The notes: generated by a model not told the origin, from the sequence alone. A DNA stretch of 64,000 bases from Candidatus Altimarinota bacterium (GCA_041242255.1 JBESAV010000001.1:288001-352000), one strand, 5' to 3'; counted from the stretch's first letter, positions 1 to 9,780 are shown. Translations and numbers: made by a program.

Positions 1-2006
1 ACCCTAGCTAAAACTAAGCTAGATACAAACAATACCCCTGATACAGCTAAAAGTTCAGGTTTAAGCTCAATCATGCTCGCATCAAAGTTTGCAAAATCAA
101 CAGACGCTCCAAAAAATACAAAAGTAGCAATCCCAGGCAAAGTACCTAGGAAAGTTGCTAGCATGTACTGGACCCATTTCACTTTCAAAATACCACAGCC
201 ATAATTCACACCATCAAAGGGTAAATAAATCAGACGCATAATCATTACTGATTCAAAAGACCTATCTTTAAGCCTTTTCTTCCATTTCCCCAAAAAGCTA
301 CTCTCATCACCAATCAAATCTCCTCCCAAAAACCTTCCAGCTCCGTAAGCTACACTCGCTGACATATTTGCTCCAACTGTAGTCGCAGCAATTCCAACTA
401 TCGGTCCAAACAAAGCCCCAGACAAAACAGTAAGCAAAGTCCCAGGAAACAAAATCAAAGGCCGCAAAGTATAAACAAGAATATAAATCCCCACAGTAGT
501 TAGATCAGGATCTGAAAAGTAGTTAAAAAAGTCCTTCGCAATTTCTAAATTCGTTTTATCATATATATCCTTGTACCAAAAGAATCCATATATGAGGGTC
601 GCCCAAAACAAAGCCGCTACAAACTTCAATGCATTATCCTTCAGCCAGTTCTTGGCATATGTCTTCCACTCAGCTGATATAGCTCTGAGGTAATCATCAC
701 CAGCCTTCTTAAAGATTCTTGAGTAAGTAGGATAGGCAAAGATACTTGATGATAGTTTATGTAAGGATATCTTATTATCTATAGCCTGAACCACTACACC
801 AATCATCTCACCAGCATGAGGCCCAACTATTTCTGCTCCCAATATTTTACCTCTCAACCCTTTAACCACAAAAACAGCCTTACCAGATGTCTGCTCAGTT
901 TTAGAGCGATCAACTCTATCAAAATCCAAAACAATCTTAAAGATTTGATTCTCAGAGTGTTTATCTACAGCTTCTTCATAGGTCATCCCAACAGAAGCAA
1001 CTTCATTCTCCATATAAACAACTTTTGGCATAGCTTTTTTACTTGCAAAGCTAAAAGGTAAAAGAATATCTTTTACAACATTTCGACCTTGATGATCAGC
1101 ATTATGGGTTAGTTTATCTCGGCTACACACATCCCCAACTGCATAGATTCCCCGAGTACTAGTTTTATTTTTATCATTCACTAGGATTCCATTCTTATCG
1201 TGCTTCACTCCAGCTTTCTCTAAGTCCAAGTTATCAACATCCACAACTCTCCCCACAGCCATCAGTACCCGATCAAGCTCTATTTTTTCCTTACCCACAT
1301 AGGCAATCTGCCCTTCAACTTTTTCAATACTAGATCTAAAGTGTATTTTCACACCTTTAGCCTCTAGTTCATCTTTTACAAAATCACTAACCTCAGTATT
1401 ACTTTTACCTAAAAGCATATCTCCTCTGACAATTAAGTGAACTTCACTACCCAAGTTTGCAAAGGCCTCACCTAATTCACAAGCAATCACTCCGCCACCA
1501 ATTATTAAAAGCCTGGTTGGAATCTCCTTCAAATCAAATACACTTTTATTTGTAAGGATCTGGTCCTTCTTAAGACCCTCTACCTTTATAACTCTAGGCT
1601 CAGACCCAGTTGCAATCACAATTTTTTTGCCTCTGTAAGTTTTACCATTCACCACAATCAATTTCTTATCAACAAATCTAGCTTCACCCTTAACTACTTT
1701 TAAGCTCTTATAGTTCTTCTCAAGTGCTTCAGGTGACTCATGATCTAAAATCTCATTTACAATATTCTCTGCATATTTCATTGATTGGTCTAAGACTTTC
1801 TTTTCAACATCTATCCCAAACTTTTTCAGAACAGCCATTTCCTTGCCATACTTAATCAAGCTTTTTGATGGAATACATCCGTAATTAGTGCAATCTCCAC
1901 CCATCTTATGTTTTTCAATCAGTAAAACCTTCTTTTCAAGACCTGCTAAACCTAAAGCAACAGTCAGCCCCCCTGACCCCGCTCCTATTACAATTACATC
2001 AAACAT
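1..2006 (-). CDS. FAD-dependent pyridine nucleotide-disulfide oxidoreductase (Lpd/MerA-like) fused to a C-terminal VTT/DedA (TVP38/TMEM64) membrane domain; runs off left edge
   Basis: Manual translation from ATG at 2006: MFDVIVIGAGSGG (FAD fold), GGDCTNYGCIPSK (redox CxxxxC) and IIGGGVIACELG (NAD fold). It continues in frame into YTLRPLILFPGTLLTVLSGALFGP...MRLIYLPFDGVNYGCG (VTT motifs). Absent from the ORF track because it has no stop in the window. Confidence 0.88.
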   Translation of the reverse strand, partial: MFDVIVIGAGSGGLTVALGLAGLEKKVLLIEKHKMGGDCTNYGCIPSKSLIKYGKEMAVLKKFGIDVEKKVLDQSMKYAENIVNEILDHESPEALEKNYKSLKVVKGEARFVDKKLIVVNGKTYRGKKIVIATGSEPRVIKVEGLKKDQILTNKSVFDLKEIPTRLLIIGGGVIACELGEAFANLGSEVHLIVRGDMLLGKSNTEVSDFVKDELEAKGVKIHFRSSIEKVEGQIAYVGKEKIELDRVLMAVGRVVDVDNLDLEKAGVKHDKNGILVNDKNKTSTRGIYAVGDVCSRDKLTHNADHQGRNVVKDILLPFSFASKKAMPKVVYMENEVASVGMTYEEAVDKHSENQIFKIVLDFDRVDRSKTEQTSGKAVFVVKGLRGKILGAEIVGPHAGEMIGVVVQAIDNKISLHKLSSSIFAYPTYSRIFKKAGDDYLRAISAEWKTYAKNWLKDNALKFVAALFWATLIYGFFWYKDIYDKTNLEIAKDFFNYFSDPDLTTVGIYILVYTLRPLILFPGTLLTVLSGALFGPIVGIAATTVGANMSASVAYGAGRFLGGDLIGDESSFLGKWKKRLKDRSFESVMIMRLIYLPFDGVNYGCGILKVKWVQYMLATFLGTLPGIATFVFFGASVDFANFDASMIELKPELLAVSGVLFVSSLVLAR

Positions 2007-2114
2007 TAAATCTATTTATAAATTCATTCACAATTCTAGCTACTCTTAATTACATCTCCAAATTAATCTCCTAGCCAAAATGTGTTAAGTTTTGCAAGAA
2101 ATTAATACACTTAC

Positions 2115-2513
2115 ATGGCTACAAAAAAGAAAACAAAAAAACAATTTTACATGCCAAGAGCAGACTGGGCTCTAGCCTTTGCTCTAATCCTCAGCTTGAG
2201 GTTTGATCAGCAAATCATTGTACACGCAAGAACTCTTCTAGAAAAAGTATTTACATCTAAATACACTCAAGAAGTACTTACAAATATGCCAGAAGAGCAA
2301 TTCGTAAGTCTTCAACAGTCTTACACAAACCTAGACGCTCTCATCACTTTCGGATTAGGATTTTTAATCCCATCAGTAGCCCTTCTACTTGCTTTATCAG
2401 TAAGAGAAAAAGCTTCATCTAAAGTGCTTGTAGCCGTTACGATATTAAGTAGTTCATTGGTTATGATAACTTCTCTGATCTCAGCAATCGGATACATTTC
2501 TAGCCTAAGTTAA
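2115..2513 (+). CDS. hypothetical membrane protein
   Basis: 132 aa ORF with a basic N-terminus and about three hydrophobic segments, followed by a terminator. Confidence 0.7.
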   Translation: MATKKKTKKQFYMPRADWALAFALILSLRFDQQIIVHARTLLEKVFTSKYTQEVLTNMPEEQFVSLQQSYTNLDALITFGLGFLIPSVALLLALSVREKASSKVLVAVTILSSSLVMITSLISAIGYISSLS

Positions 2514-2521
2514 ACCCTCAG

Positions 2522-2549
2522 ACCCTCCTCTCGGAGGGTTTTTTCTTTT
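2522..2549 (+). terminator. rho-independent terminator
   Basis: Hairpin ACCCTCC-TCTC-GGAGGGT followed by a T-tract. Confidence 0.8.
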
Positions 2550-2593
2550 AAAATTCCAAAATTAAAATATAATCAGCGCAAAAACAATTTTTT

Positions 2594-3649
2594 ATGTCTT
2601 TGCCCATTTTATCTAGTTTCATCCATAAATTTAATCCTGAATACCTTCGGGAGATTTCCTCAAACCTTGAGCTTTATAAGCACCCAGATATATCCAAAAC
2701 ATTACAGCAGATCGTCCCAATTGCAGAAGGCGGAAAAAGAGTTCGTCCTTACCTAACATTCCTAATGGATTCATCTGAGAATGAATCAAACCACCAACCC
2801 TTCTATCAAGCTATAGAGCTAATTCATCTGTTTGCACTAATCCACGACGACATCATGGATGAATGTGATAATAGAAGAGGAGAGCCAACGATTCATTGTC
2901 ACTCTAGGCAGTTCTATCCAAACCTTCCAACAGCAAAAAACTCAAGAATAACAGAGTCTATCGCAATACTTGCCGGAGACTTAGTTTTTAGTTTAGCCGA
3001 AAAAAGTTTTGTGAATGGTATAAAAAAATCAACTCAGAAAGAAAATGCATTAAAAGCTTATGAGTATTTTTGCATGCTAAAAGAAGAGGTCATATATGGT
3101 CAGCTTCTAGATCTACATCTATCGGCCCAGAAAGAAGCTAGTCACCAAGAGGTCTACGATAAAACTTTCTATAAAACAGCCAGTTATACAGTGATCAAAC
3201 CATTACAGATTGGTTGTATACTAGCAGGTAGAGATGATCTCTTGGATTTCTGTCATGAGTTTGGAGAATCCCTTGGAGTTGCATTTCAGATTCAAGACGA
3301 TTACATAAATCTAACAGTCCCAGAGGAAATAACTGGAAAGCCTCAGTACAGTGATGTCCTAGAGGGGCAAAAAACCTTCTTTACAGTTTACCTTCAGGGG
3401 CACGAAGAAAAATCACATTGGGAGTATTATCAGTCATTACTTTCTAATAAAGAGCTCAATAAGGATCAATCCACCAATCTCAAATCAATTCTCACATCTA
3501 GTAATGCTTTGCAGGCAGGTCTTGAAGAATTCACAAAGCTCTACAGTAAAGCGGAAGATATTCTAGAATCAAATAAATCCAATCTATCTCAAGACTCATA
3601 CCAAGGTCTTAAAGAATTAGTTGAATACCTTAAGACACGTCGAAAATGA
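2594..3649 (+). CDS. crtE: polyprenyl (geranylgeranyl) diphosphate synthase
   Basis: GGKRVRP, ELIHLFALIHDDIMD..RRG (FARM), GQLLDL, KTASY and AFQIQDD (SARM); first gene of the crt operon. Confidence 0.88.
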   Translation: MSLPILSSFIHKFNPEYLREISSNLELYKHPDISKTLQQIVPIAEGGKRVRPYLTFLMDSSENESNHQPFYQAIELIHLFALIHDDIMDECDNRRGEPTIHCHSRQFYPNLPTAKNSRITESIAILAGDLVFSLAEKSFVNGIKKSTQKENALKAYEYFCMLKEEVIYGQLLDLHLSAQKEASHQEVYDKTFYKTASYTVIKPLQIGCILAGRDDLLDFCHEFGESLGVAFQIQDDYINLTVPEEITGKPQYSDVLEGQKTFFTVYLQGHEEKSHWEYYQSLLSNKELNKDQSTNLKSILTSSNALQAGLEEFTKLYSKAEDILESNKSNLSQDSYQGLKELVEYLKTRRK

Positions 3650-4530
3650 AACTCAATCCAAAGGATCTCACCTATTGCAAAAAAATTATGTCAGACTGCG
3701 GTCCAACATATTACTGGGCAACTAGGTTATTACCCCAAAAAATCCGAAATGCCACATATGTTTTATACGCATTTTATAGAGTTCCTGACGATATTGTAGA
3801 CCTTGCTCCAGCCAAACAAAAAGAAGATAAACTAAACCAATGGCTGTCAGATTGGGAAAGATCCAAGCAGAAGCCTCACAAAGTCAAAAGTCCTGTTTTA
3901 AGAGCGGCTCAAGTAATTCACAAAAAATTCAACATACCTTACAAGTATGCAGATGCTTTTCTAAAAGCTATGAAGCAAGATCTTACAAAATCTAGATACA
4001 ATAATTATCAAGAGCTAGCAGACTACATGTTTGGATCAGCAGCAGTTCCAGGGATAATGATGACCTACCTTGTAAAGCCTAATCCGGACAAAAAAACACT
4101 ACAGCAAGCCGAAGATCTAGGCCTAGCAATGCAGCTTACAAACTTTATCAGAGACATCAAAGAAGACATAGAAGATAGAGATAGAATATACATGCCCGTA
4201 GATGAAATGAAGCGATTCAATATTACAGAAGAGGATATCAAAAAGCACCGCTATCCAAATACATGGAAAAGCTTTATCTGCTTTCAAATCAATCGCTCCC
4301 ATGACCTGTATAAGAGTGGTTTCGAAGGACTTAAAAAGTTACCATTACATACTAGGTTTTGCATAAAACTTGCCGCTATTATGTACATGGATTATAACCG
4401 CCAAATTATTAAATCTGACTTTCAAGTATTTCATACAACCTATAAACTGTCCACAAGCAGAAAGTTTTTCTGTCTGATTAAAACCATATTAAATCTAACC
4501 ACCCCTCCAAGATGTCCAAAGCAATTATAA
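3646..4530 (+). CDS. crtB: phytoene synthase
   Basis: LYAFYRVPDDIVD and LGLAMQLTNFIRDIKED...RIYMP motifs; ATGA overlap with crtE. Confidence 0.92.
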   Translation: MKLNPKDLTYCKKIMSDCGPTYYWATRLLPQKIRNATYVLYAFYRVPDDIVDLAPAKQKEDKLNQWLSDWERSKQKPHKVKSPVLRAAQVIHKKFNIPYKYADAFLKAMKQDLTKSRYNNYQELADYMFGSAAVPGIMMTYLVKPNPDKKTLQQAEDLGLAMQLTNFIRDIKEDIEDRDRIYMPVDEMKRFNITEEDIKKHRYPNTWKSFICFQINRSHDLYKSGFEGLKKLPLHTRFCIKLAAIMYMDYNRQIIKSDFQVFHTTYKLSTSRKFFCLIKTILNLTTPPRCPKQL

Positions 4531-6017
4531 TCGGATCAGGTTTTGGTGGGTTAGCTTCAGCTTGTCTACTAGCTAAAGATGGATATGAAGTAGAAGTATT
4601 TGAGAAAAATGAGCAAGTAGGTGGTAGAGCCAGCCAAAAAGAAATAGACGGTTTTACTTTTGATATGGGGCCATCTTGGTATTTGATGCCAGACGTATTT
4701 GAGCATTTCTATAAGATACTAGGAGAAGATATCAATAAGCATCTAGAGCTCATCAAACTTTCACCAAGTTACAAGATCTGGTTTAAAGATACAGACCATG
4801 AACCTGTAGATATTTTTAGTGATTTAGAAAAAACCTTACCAATCTTAGAAAAGTTAGAGCCTGGTTGTACTCCTCAAGTTAAAGAATATTTACGTAGGGC
4901 TGAGTATCAGTACGAGGTAGCAATGCAAAATTTTGTGTATAAAAACTACGATAGTATATTTGATTTTTTAAATCTTCAAATGGCAGTTGAAGGGGCAAAG
5001 CTTTCAGTTTTCACAAAGATGCAGAAATACACTGAAAAGTTTTTCAAGACAGAAGAACTGCAGAAAATCATGCAATATACTCTAGTTTTCCTTGGAAGCT
5101 CTCCCTATAATACACCAGCTCTGTACAACATTATGAGTCACATAGATTTCAATATGGGTGTGTTTTACCCAAAAGGTGGGTTCCATGCAGTCGCTAAGTC
5201 TTTACAGGCTATAGCTGAAAAACATGGAGCAAAGATTCACTTAAATTCACCAGTTAAAAAAATAATCTCACATGAGGGTGAGGCTAAAGAAATTCAGCTA
5301 GAGGATGGGACAATTCATGAAGCTGACCTTATAGTCTCAAATGCTGATGTTTATCATACTGAAACAAAGCTTTTAGATCCAAGTGATCAGCAATATCCCC
5401 AAAAATATTGGAATAAAAAAGTGTCGGCACCTTCAGCTTTTATTATGTACCTTGGTTTAGATACTGAGTTGCCACAACTAAGGCATCACAACTTAATTTT
5501 CTCCAAAGATTGGAAGTCAAATTTCTCTCAAATTTTTGATGACCCACAGCTTCCCGAGGATCCATCTATTTACATCTGCAATCCAAATAAAACCGAGCCA
5601 GAAGTAGCACCTCAGGGTACAGAGAACTTATTCATACTAGTACCAATTGCTGCAGGACTAGAGCTTACTGATGCAGACAAAGAGCAATATACAAATCAAA
5701 TCCTTGATCTCCTTCAAGACGAGCTAGATATCCCAGAAATACGTAAAAAACTTCTTGTCCAAAAGATCTTTACCGGAGATGATTTCAAATCACGCTATAA
5801 TTCTTTCCAAGGTTCAGCCTTAGGTTTAGCCCATACTATGACCCAGACCGCACTTTTCAGACCTAGAAATTATTCCAAAAAAGTAAAAAACTTATACTAC
5901 ACAGGAGGAAACACAGTGCCTGGAATCGGAGTGCCAATGTGTTTTATAAGCGCTCAACTTATGTACAAAAGATTAAAAAACGATAAATCAGCTGGTCCAC
6001 TATCAAACATAAGTTAG
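4512..6017 (+). CDS. crtI: phytoene desaturase family (CrtI/CrtD-type) FAD oxidoreductase
   Basis: IIIGSGFGGL, FDMGPSWYLMPDVF, YPKGG and the C-terminal NLYYTGGNTVPGIGVPM signature. Confidence 0.9.
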   Translation: MSKAIIIGSGFGGLASACLLAKDGYEVEVFEKNEQVGGRASQKEIDGFTFDMGPSWYLMPDVFEHFYKILGEDINKHLELIKLSPSYKIWFKDTDHEPVDIFSDLEKTLPILEKLEPGCTPQVKEYLRRAEYQYEVAMQNFVYKNYDSIFDFLNLQMAVEGAKLSVFTKMQKYTEKFFKTEELQKIMQYTLVFLGSSPYNTPALYNIMSHIDFNMGVFYPKGGFHAVAKSLQAIAEKHGAKIHLNSPVKKIISHEGEAKEIQLEDGTIHEADLIVSNADVYHTETKLLDPSDQQYPQKYWNKKVSAPSAFIMYLGLDTELPQLRHHNLIFSKDWKSNFSQIFDDPQLPEDPSIYICNPNKTEPEVAPQGTENLFILVPIAAGLELTDADKEQYTNQILDLLQDELDIPEIRKKLLVQKIFTGDDFKSRYNSFQGSALGLAHTMTQTALFRPRNYSKKVKNLYYTGGNTVPGIGVPMCFISAQLMYKRLKNDKSAGPLSNIS

Positions 6018-6045
6018 CCCGCACAATTACCAAAGCCAATCAAAT

Positions 6046-6906
6046 ATGAACCCAATTCAATCCAACCTTAAATACCTTATCAAGATATCTCGTCCACGTT
6101 TTTGGATGTATGTATTTGGCCCAGCTTTTTTAGGAGTCCTTATTTCCCTTTTGCTACAAGGCAGAGTAGCTTTGACTAGTCAAAGCTTAATCACTCTTAT
6201 TTACTTCACTTTCCCAGCTAACTTACTGATTTACGGAATCAATGACATATTTGACGGCGACACTGATCAATACAACCCCAAAAAAGGAGGTTACGAGGCA
6301 GTTCATCAACAAAATCAAACCAAACTCTTGGCAACCATAATAACTCTTACCAACCTACCTTTTCTGATCTATCTAGCTTTCCAGAACTCCACTACCGTAA
6401 TTTTCACAGTTGCTTTTTTGTTCTTCAGCATTCAGTACTCCGCCACACCAATTCGCGCCAAATCCAAGCCAATTATAGACGGAATATTTAACTTCCTATA
6501 TGTAGCCCCAGCTCTGATAACACTTAGTCTCTCAAACCCCGAAGCTATCAATCAATCATCAGTACCACTAATTCTAGCCGGAACCTTCTGGTGTATGTCC
6601 ATGCATGCTTTTTCTGCTATTCCAGATATAGAGGCAGATACTAAAGCAGGACTAACCACCACAGCCGTTCTATTTCAAGAAAAAGGAACATTTGTTTACT
6701 GCTTCCTATTGTATCTAGCTACAGCAATTCTTACCACGATCTCCACAAGTCTAGCTTTATCAGCACCACTATATGTATATCCAGTTCTTATCATTTACAC
6801 TGGGTTAAACTCCCAAAAAACCTTCCAAATCTATAAGTATTTTCCATACTTGAACACATTTGTAGGTTTTCTAATTTCAATTCAATTAATCATTAAGCTG
6901 ATCTAA
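6046..6906 (+). CDS. lyeJ: UbiA-family prenyltransferase, lycopene elongase (LyeJ/CrtEb-like)
   Basis: SRPRFWMY, YFTFPANLLIYGINDIFD.DTD..NPKK, YSATPIRAK and MHAFSAIPDIEAD..AG..TTA motifs typical of lycopene elongases; directly follows crtI. Confidence 0.8.
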   Translation: MNPIQSNLKYLIKISRPRFWMYVFGPAFLGVLISLLLQGRVALTSQSLITLIYFTFPANLLIYGINDIFDGDTDQYNPKKGGYEAVHQQNQTKLLATIITLTNLPFLIYLAFQNSTTVIFTVAFLFFSIQYSATPIRAKSKPIIDGIFNFLYVAPALITLSLSNPEAINQSSVPLILAGTFWCMSMHAFSAIPDIEADTKAGLTTTAVLFQEKGTFVYCFLLYLATAILTTISTSLALSAPLYVYPVLIIYTGLNSQKTFQIYKYFPYLNTFVGFLISIQLIIKLI

Positions 6907-7448
6907 TGTTCAACCCACCTCCTACACCTATCCAAAACTTCAAAACCAATCAATCTTTCCAACTTGCTCCGTTAGTATCTGATGGAAAAACCCGTAACCA
7001 GCTAATCAAAGATATCTATGATTGCTGCTCAGAAGACCTTATTTATAAAACTCTCTTCCAAGATAGACACCCAGAAGGGTACAGTATAGAGCATGCTCAA
7101 GGGTTTTTAGACTATTCAGAAGAAGGTTGGATCAACCAAACTCATTTCATTTTTGGAATATTCCATCCCGAAACAAATCAACTTGTAGGAGCTATAGATA
7201 TAAAGTCTGCCAATAAAGAAAAAGCAGAAGTAGGTTACTGGCTCTCTAAACACTTCTCAGGTCTCATGACCAACGCCTTAATCGCCATAACAAAAATAGC
7301 CAAAAAAGCCGGCTATCAATCATTAGAAATTTATACCGAAGTATCTAATCAAAAGTCAGAAAGAGTCGTACAAAGAGCTGGATTTCAATTACAAGTAATC
7401 AAAAATGAAGAGGGGGAAGTTCGAAAATATCACCTACTTGAGCTCTAA
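6906..7448 (+). CDS. GNAT family N-acetyltransferase (RimJ/RimL-like)
   Basis: AEVGYWLS...GLMT and N.KSERVVQRAGF motifs. Confidence 0.8.
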   Translation: MFNPPPTPIQNFKTNQSFQLAPLVSDGKTRNQLIKDIYDCCSEDLIYKTLFQDRHPEGYSIEHAQGFLDYSEEGWINQTHFIFGIFHPETNQLVGAIDIKSANKEKAEVGYWLSKHFSGLMTNALIAITKIAKKAGYQSLEIYTEVSNQKSERVVQRAGFQLQVIKNEEGEVRKYHLLEL

Positions 7449-8209
7449 GTCTTCTGCATACTCTTAGCCGAAATAATTCTCACAACATTTCTTGGCAAAA
7501 ACCTAAGTCCAAAATGAAGTATAAAAGAAAGTCCAGGTCCAGGCACCACAATTGCTTTCCCTTTAAACAATCCCTGCAAGGCTTTTTCAGCTACAAACTC
7601 AGCCGAAGCCAGACCTGATTGAAAAGCTTTCACCCTGTCCATTCCAGCTACCTCAGAAAAGCCAGTCTCAACAGGTCCTGGACATAGGGCAGTCACTACA
7701 ACGTCATCATTTTTTAATTCCTCATGCAGGGCCTCTGATAAAGAAAGCACATAAGCCTTTGTTGCATAGTAAACAGCCATCCCTGGTCCAGGCAAAAACC
7801 CAGCTGAAGAGGCAACATTGAGCAAGTAACCAGTACCATCAACCTCTTTCAACACGGGTACAAACAAATGAGTTAATCTAGTCAGAGCATCAATATTTAG
7901 ACTAATCATTTTTGAGTCAGTCTCTATGGATCTACTTTCAAATTTTCCATGGCCCCCAAACCCAGCATTATTTACCAAAATTAAAACATTCAATCCTTTA
8001 CACGCTTCAAAAACTCGCTCGCAAGATCCAACTACAGTCAAATCTTCAGCTACCACCTTGCATTCAACATCCAGAGTAGAGGCAAGTTCTTTTAGTTTGT
8101 CTTCACTTCTCGCAACTAAAACTAAATTATATCCTTTATTTGCTAGTTTCTTAGCCATTTCCATCCCAATCCCAGACGAAGCCCCAGTTACAACAGCCCA
8201 CATATACAC
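7445..8209 (-). CDS. short-chain dehydrogenase/reductase
   Basis: TGASSGIG, LVNNAGFG, catalytic YYATK and LCPGPVET. Confidence 0.92.
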   Translation of the reverse strand: MYMWAVVTGASSGIGMEMAKKLANKGYNLVLVARSEDKLKELASTLDVECKVVAEDLTVVGSCERVFEACKGLNVLILVNNAGFGGHGKFESRSIETDSKMISLNIDALTRLTHLFVPVLKEVDGTGYLLNVASSAGFLPGPGMAVYYATKAYVLSLSEALHEELKNDDVVVTALCPGPVETGFSEVAGMDRVKAFQSGLASAEFVAEKALQGLFKGKAIVVPGPGLSFILHFGLRFLPRNVVRIISAKSMQKT

Positions 8210-8254
8210 TAATTAAATAATTAAATTCATTCTATCACCACTATATTAAAAACC

Positions 8255-8295
8255 AAACGCAACAAGGTTGCATTTATAAATAAAAATGCTACAAT
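8255..8295 (+). promoter_or_regulatory. Zur-box-like palindrome overlapping a sigma70 promoter of zur-znuACB
   Basis: AAAcGCAAC-AAG-GTTGCaTTT (8255-8275) overlaps -35 TTGCAT (8268-8273); extended -10 TGcTACAAT at 8287-8295. Confidence 0.75.
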
Positions 8296-8316
8296 CTCCC
8301 CACGTAACTTACAAAT

Positions 8317-8703
8317 ATGAGAAAAACCAAACTTACAAACTATCTTATTGAAATACTCCAAAGTTCTAACCAACCATTATCAATTCCAGAAATACTAGAA
8401 AAACTAAAGACAGATCATGATCTAGTACCCAACAAAACTACTCTCTACCGTCAGTTTGAAAAACTAACCCAAGCAGGCGAGGTTGAAGAAATCCTACTTA
8501 CAAATAACGTAACCCATTACGAGCTCAAGCAGGATCATCACCATCATTTTATCTGTAATGAGTGCGACACAATTAAGTGCCTGAAGGACCAAAAGCTAGA
8601 ACAAGAGATTCACAAGCTAGAACATTCATTAGAAGAGCAAGGATTTCAGATCACACAACATCAGTTCTCTTTTTCTGGACAATGCAAAACCTGCCAATCG
8701 TAA
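8317..8703 (+). CDS. zur: Fur-family transcriptional regulator, Zur
   Basis: TTLYR helix, HHHHFICNEC and C-terminal CKTC; heads the zinc ABC transporter operon. Confidence 0.85.
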   Translation: MRKTKLTNYLIEILQSSNQPLSIPEILEKLKTDHDLVPNKTTLYRQFEKLTQAGEVEEILLTNNVTHYELKQDHHHHFICNECDTIKCLKDQKLEQEIHKLEHSLEEQGFQITQHQFSFSGQCKTCQS

Positions 8704-8730
8704 AAATCAAACGTTTTAACCCAAATAAAC

Positions 8731-9771
8731 ATGAAAAAAACATTAATCATTATCTCAACCCTCCTATTACTATCAGGGTGTCAAGTAACAACCTCAACTG
8801 AAACTGAAACAGAAACTCAACAAAGCAAGTCTCAAAATATAGTCACTTCATTTTACCCACTCCAATTTATAGCAGAATCAATTGTAGGGGATCTAATGGA
8901 AGTAAGTAATGTCACCCAAGGTAAAGACCCTCATTCTTACAGCCTAACCCCTCAAGATATACAATCTTTACAAGATGCTGACTTATTTGTATTTCAAGGT
9001 GCCGGGTTAGAAAGTTGGGCCGAGAACATTGCTGAAAACCGTACTAAGCCCTCATTTGAGGTAGCTGAAAAGATTGAACTTTTAGCAACTGAAGACTCTC
9101 ATGATAGTCATAGTGACCACGAACAAGATCACCACTCTGATGAAGAAGATGATGGTCATGAAGACGACCACCATGACGAAGATCATCATTCAGATGAGGA
9201 CAGTCACACAGAAGAACATGACGAGCACGAAGATGAACATGGGCACAACCATGGAGAATTCGATCCTCACACCTGGTTAGATCCGATTCTTCTTCTTGAA
9301 AGTGCAGAGGAATTAACACAAGAAATTATAGCAATAGACCCAGCCAATCAAGAAATTTACGAGGCAAATCTTACAAATCTTTCTGAAAACTTATCACAAC
9401 TTGATAACTCATATTCAGTAGGACTTTCAGCTTGCTCAAACAAAGTAGCTATCTCCTCGCATGATGCCTTTTCATATGCTGAAGTGCGTTACGGTTTCAA
9501 ACTTTTCCCAATCAGCGGTTTATCTCCTCAGGACGAGCCGTCTAGCCAAGATCTTGAAAAGCTAATTACAGAAGCATCTGAACAAAACATTACACATATC
9601 CTAGAAGAAGAGTACAATAACGCCAGTTTCGCAGAAACAATTCAAAGAGAAACAGGACTACAAGTTTTACAAATCAATCCACTTGGATCAACACCTCAAG
9701 CTGGAAAAAATTACATAGAAGTAATGCAAGAAAACTTAAGTAGTTTCCAAGAAGCATTTCAATGTCAGTAA
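8731..9771 (+). CDS. znuA: zinc ABC transporter substrate-binding lipoprotein (ZnuA/AdcA)
   Basis: Lipobox LLSGC, DPHSY, DPHTWLDP, HDAFSY and a long His/Asp-rich loop. Confidence 0.92.
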   Translation: MKKTLIIISTLLLLSGCQVTTSTETETETQQSKSQNIVTSFYPLQFIAESIVGDLMEVSNVTQGKDPHSYSLTPQDIQSLQDADLFVFQGAGLESWAENIAENRTKPSFEVAEKIELLATEDSHDSHSDHEQDHHSDEEDDGHEDDHHDEDHHSDEDSHTEEHDEHEDEHGHNHGEFDPHTWLDPILLLESAEELTQEIIAIDPANQEIYEANLTNLSENLSQLDNSYSVGLSACSNKVAISSHDAFSYAEVRYGFKLFPISGLSPQDEPSSQDLEKLITEASEQNITHILEEEYNNASFAETIQRETGLQVLQINPLGSTPQAGKNYIEVMQENLSSFQEAFQCQ

Positions 9772-9780
9772 CAATAAAAA

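Noticed and set aside
816-1061. 81-aa + strand ORF and the many other short antisense ORFs in the track
   Set aside because: They lie opposite or inside well-supported genes (oxidoreductase, pcrA, gpmI, yebC, mutL and others) and show no motifs.
1-2006. Mercuric reductase (merA)
   Set aside because: There is no C-terminal Cys-Cys pair after the dimerisation domain, no N-terminal HMA domain and no other mer genes.
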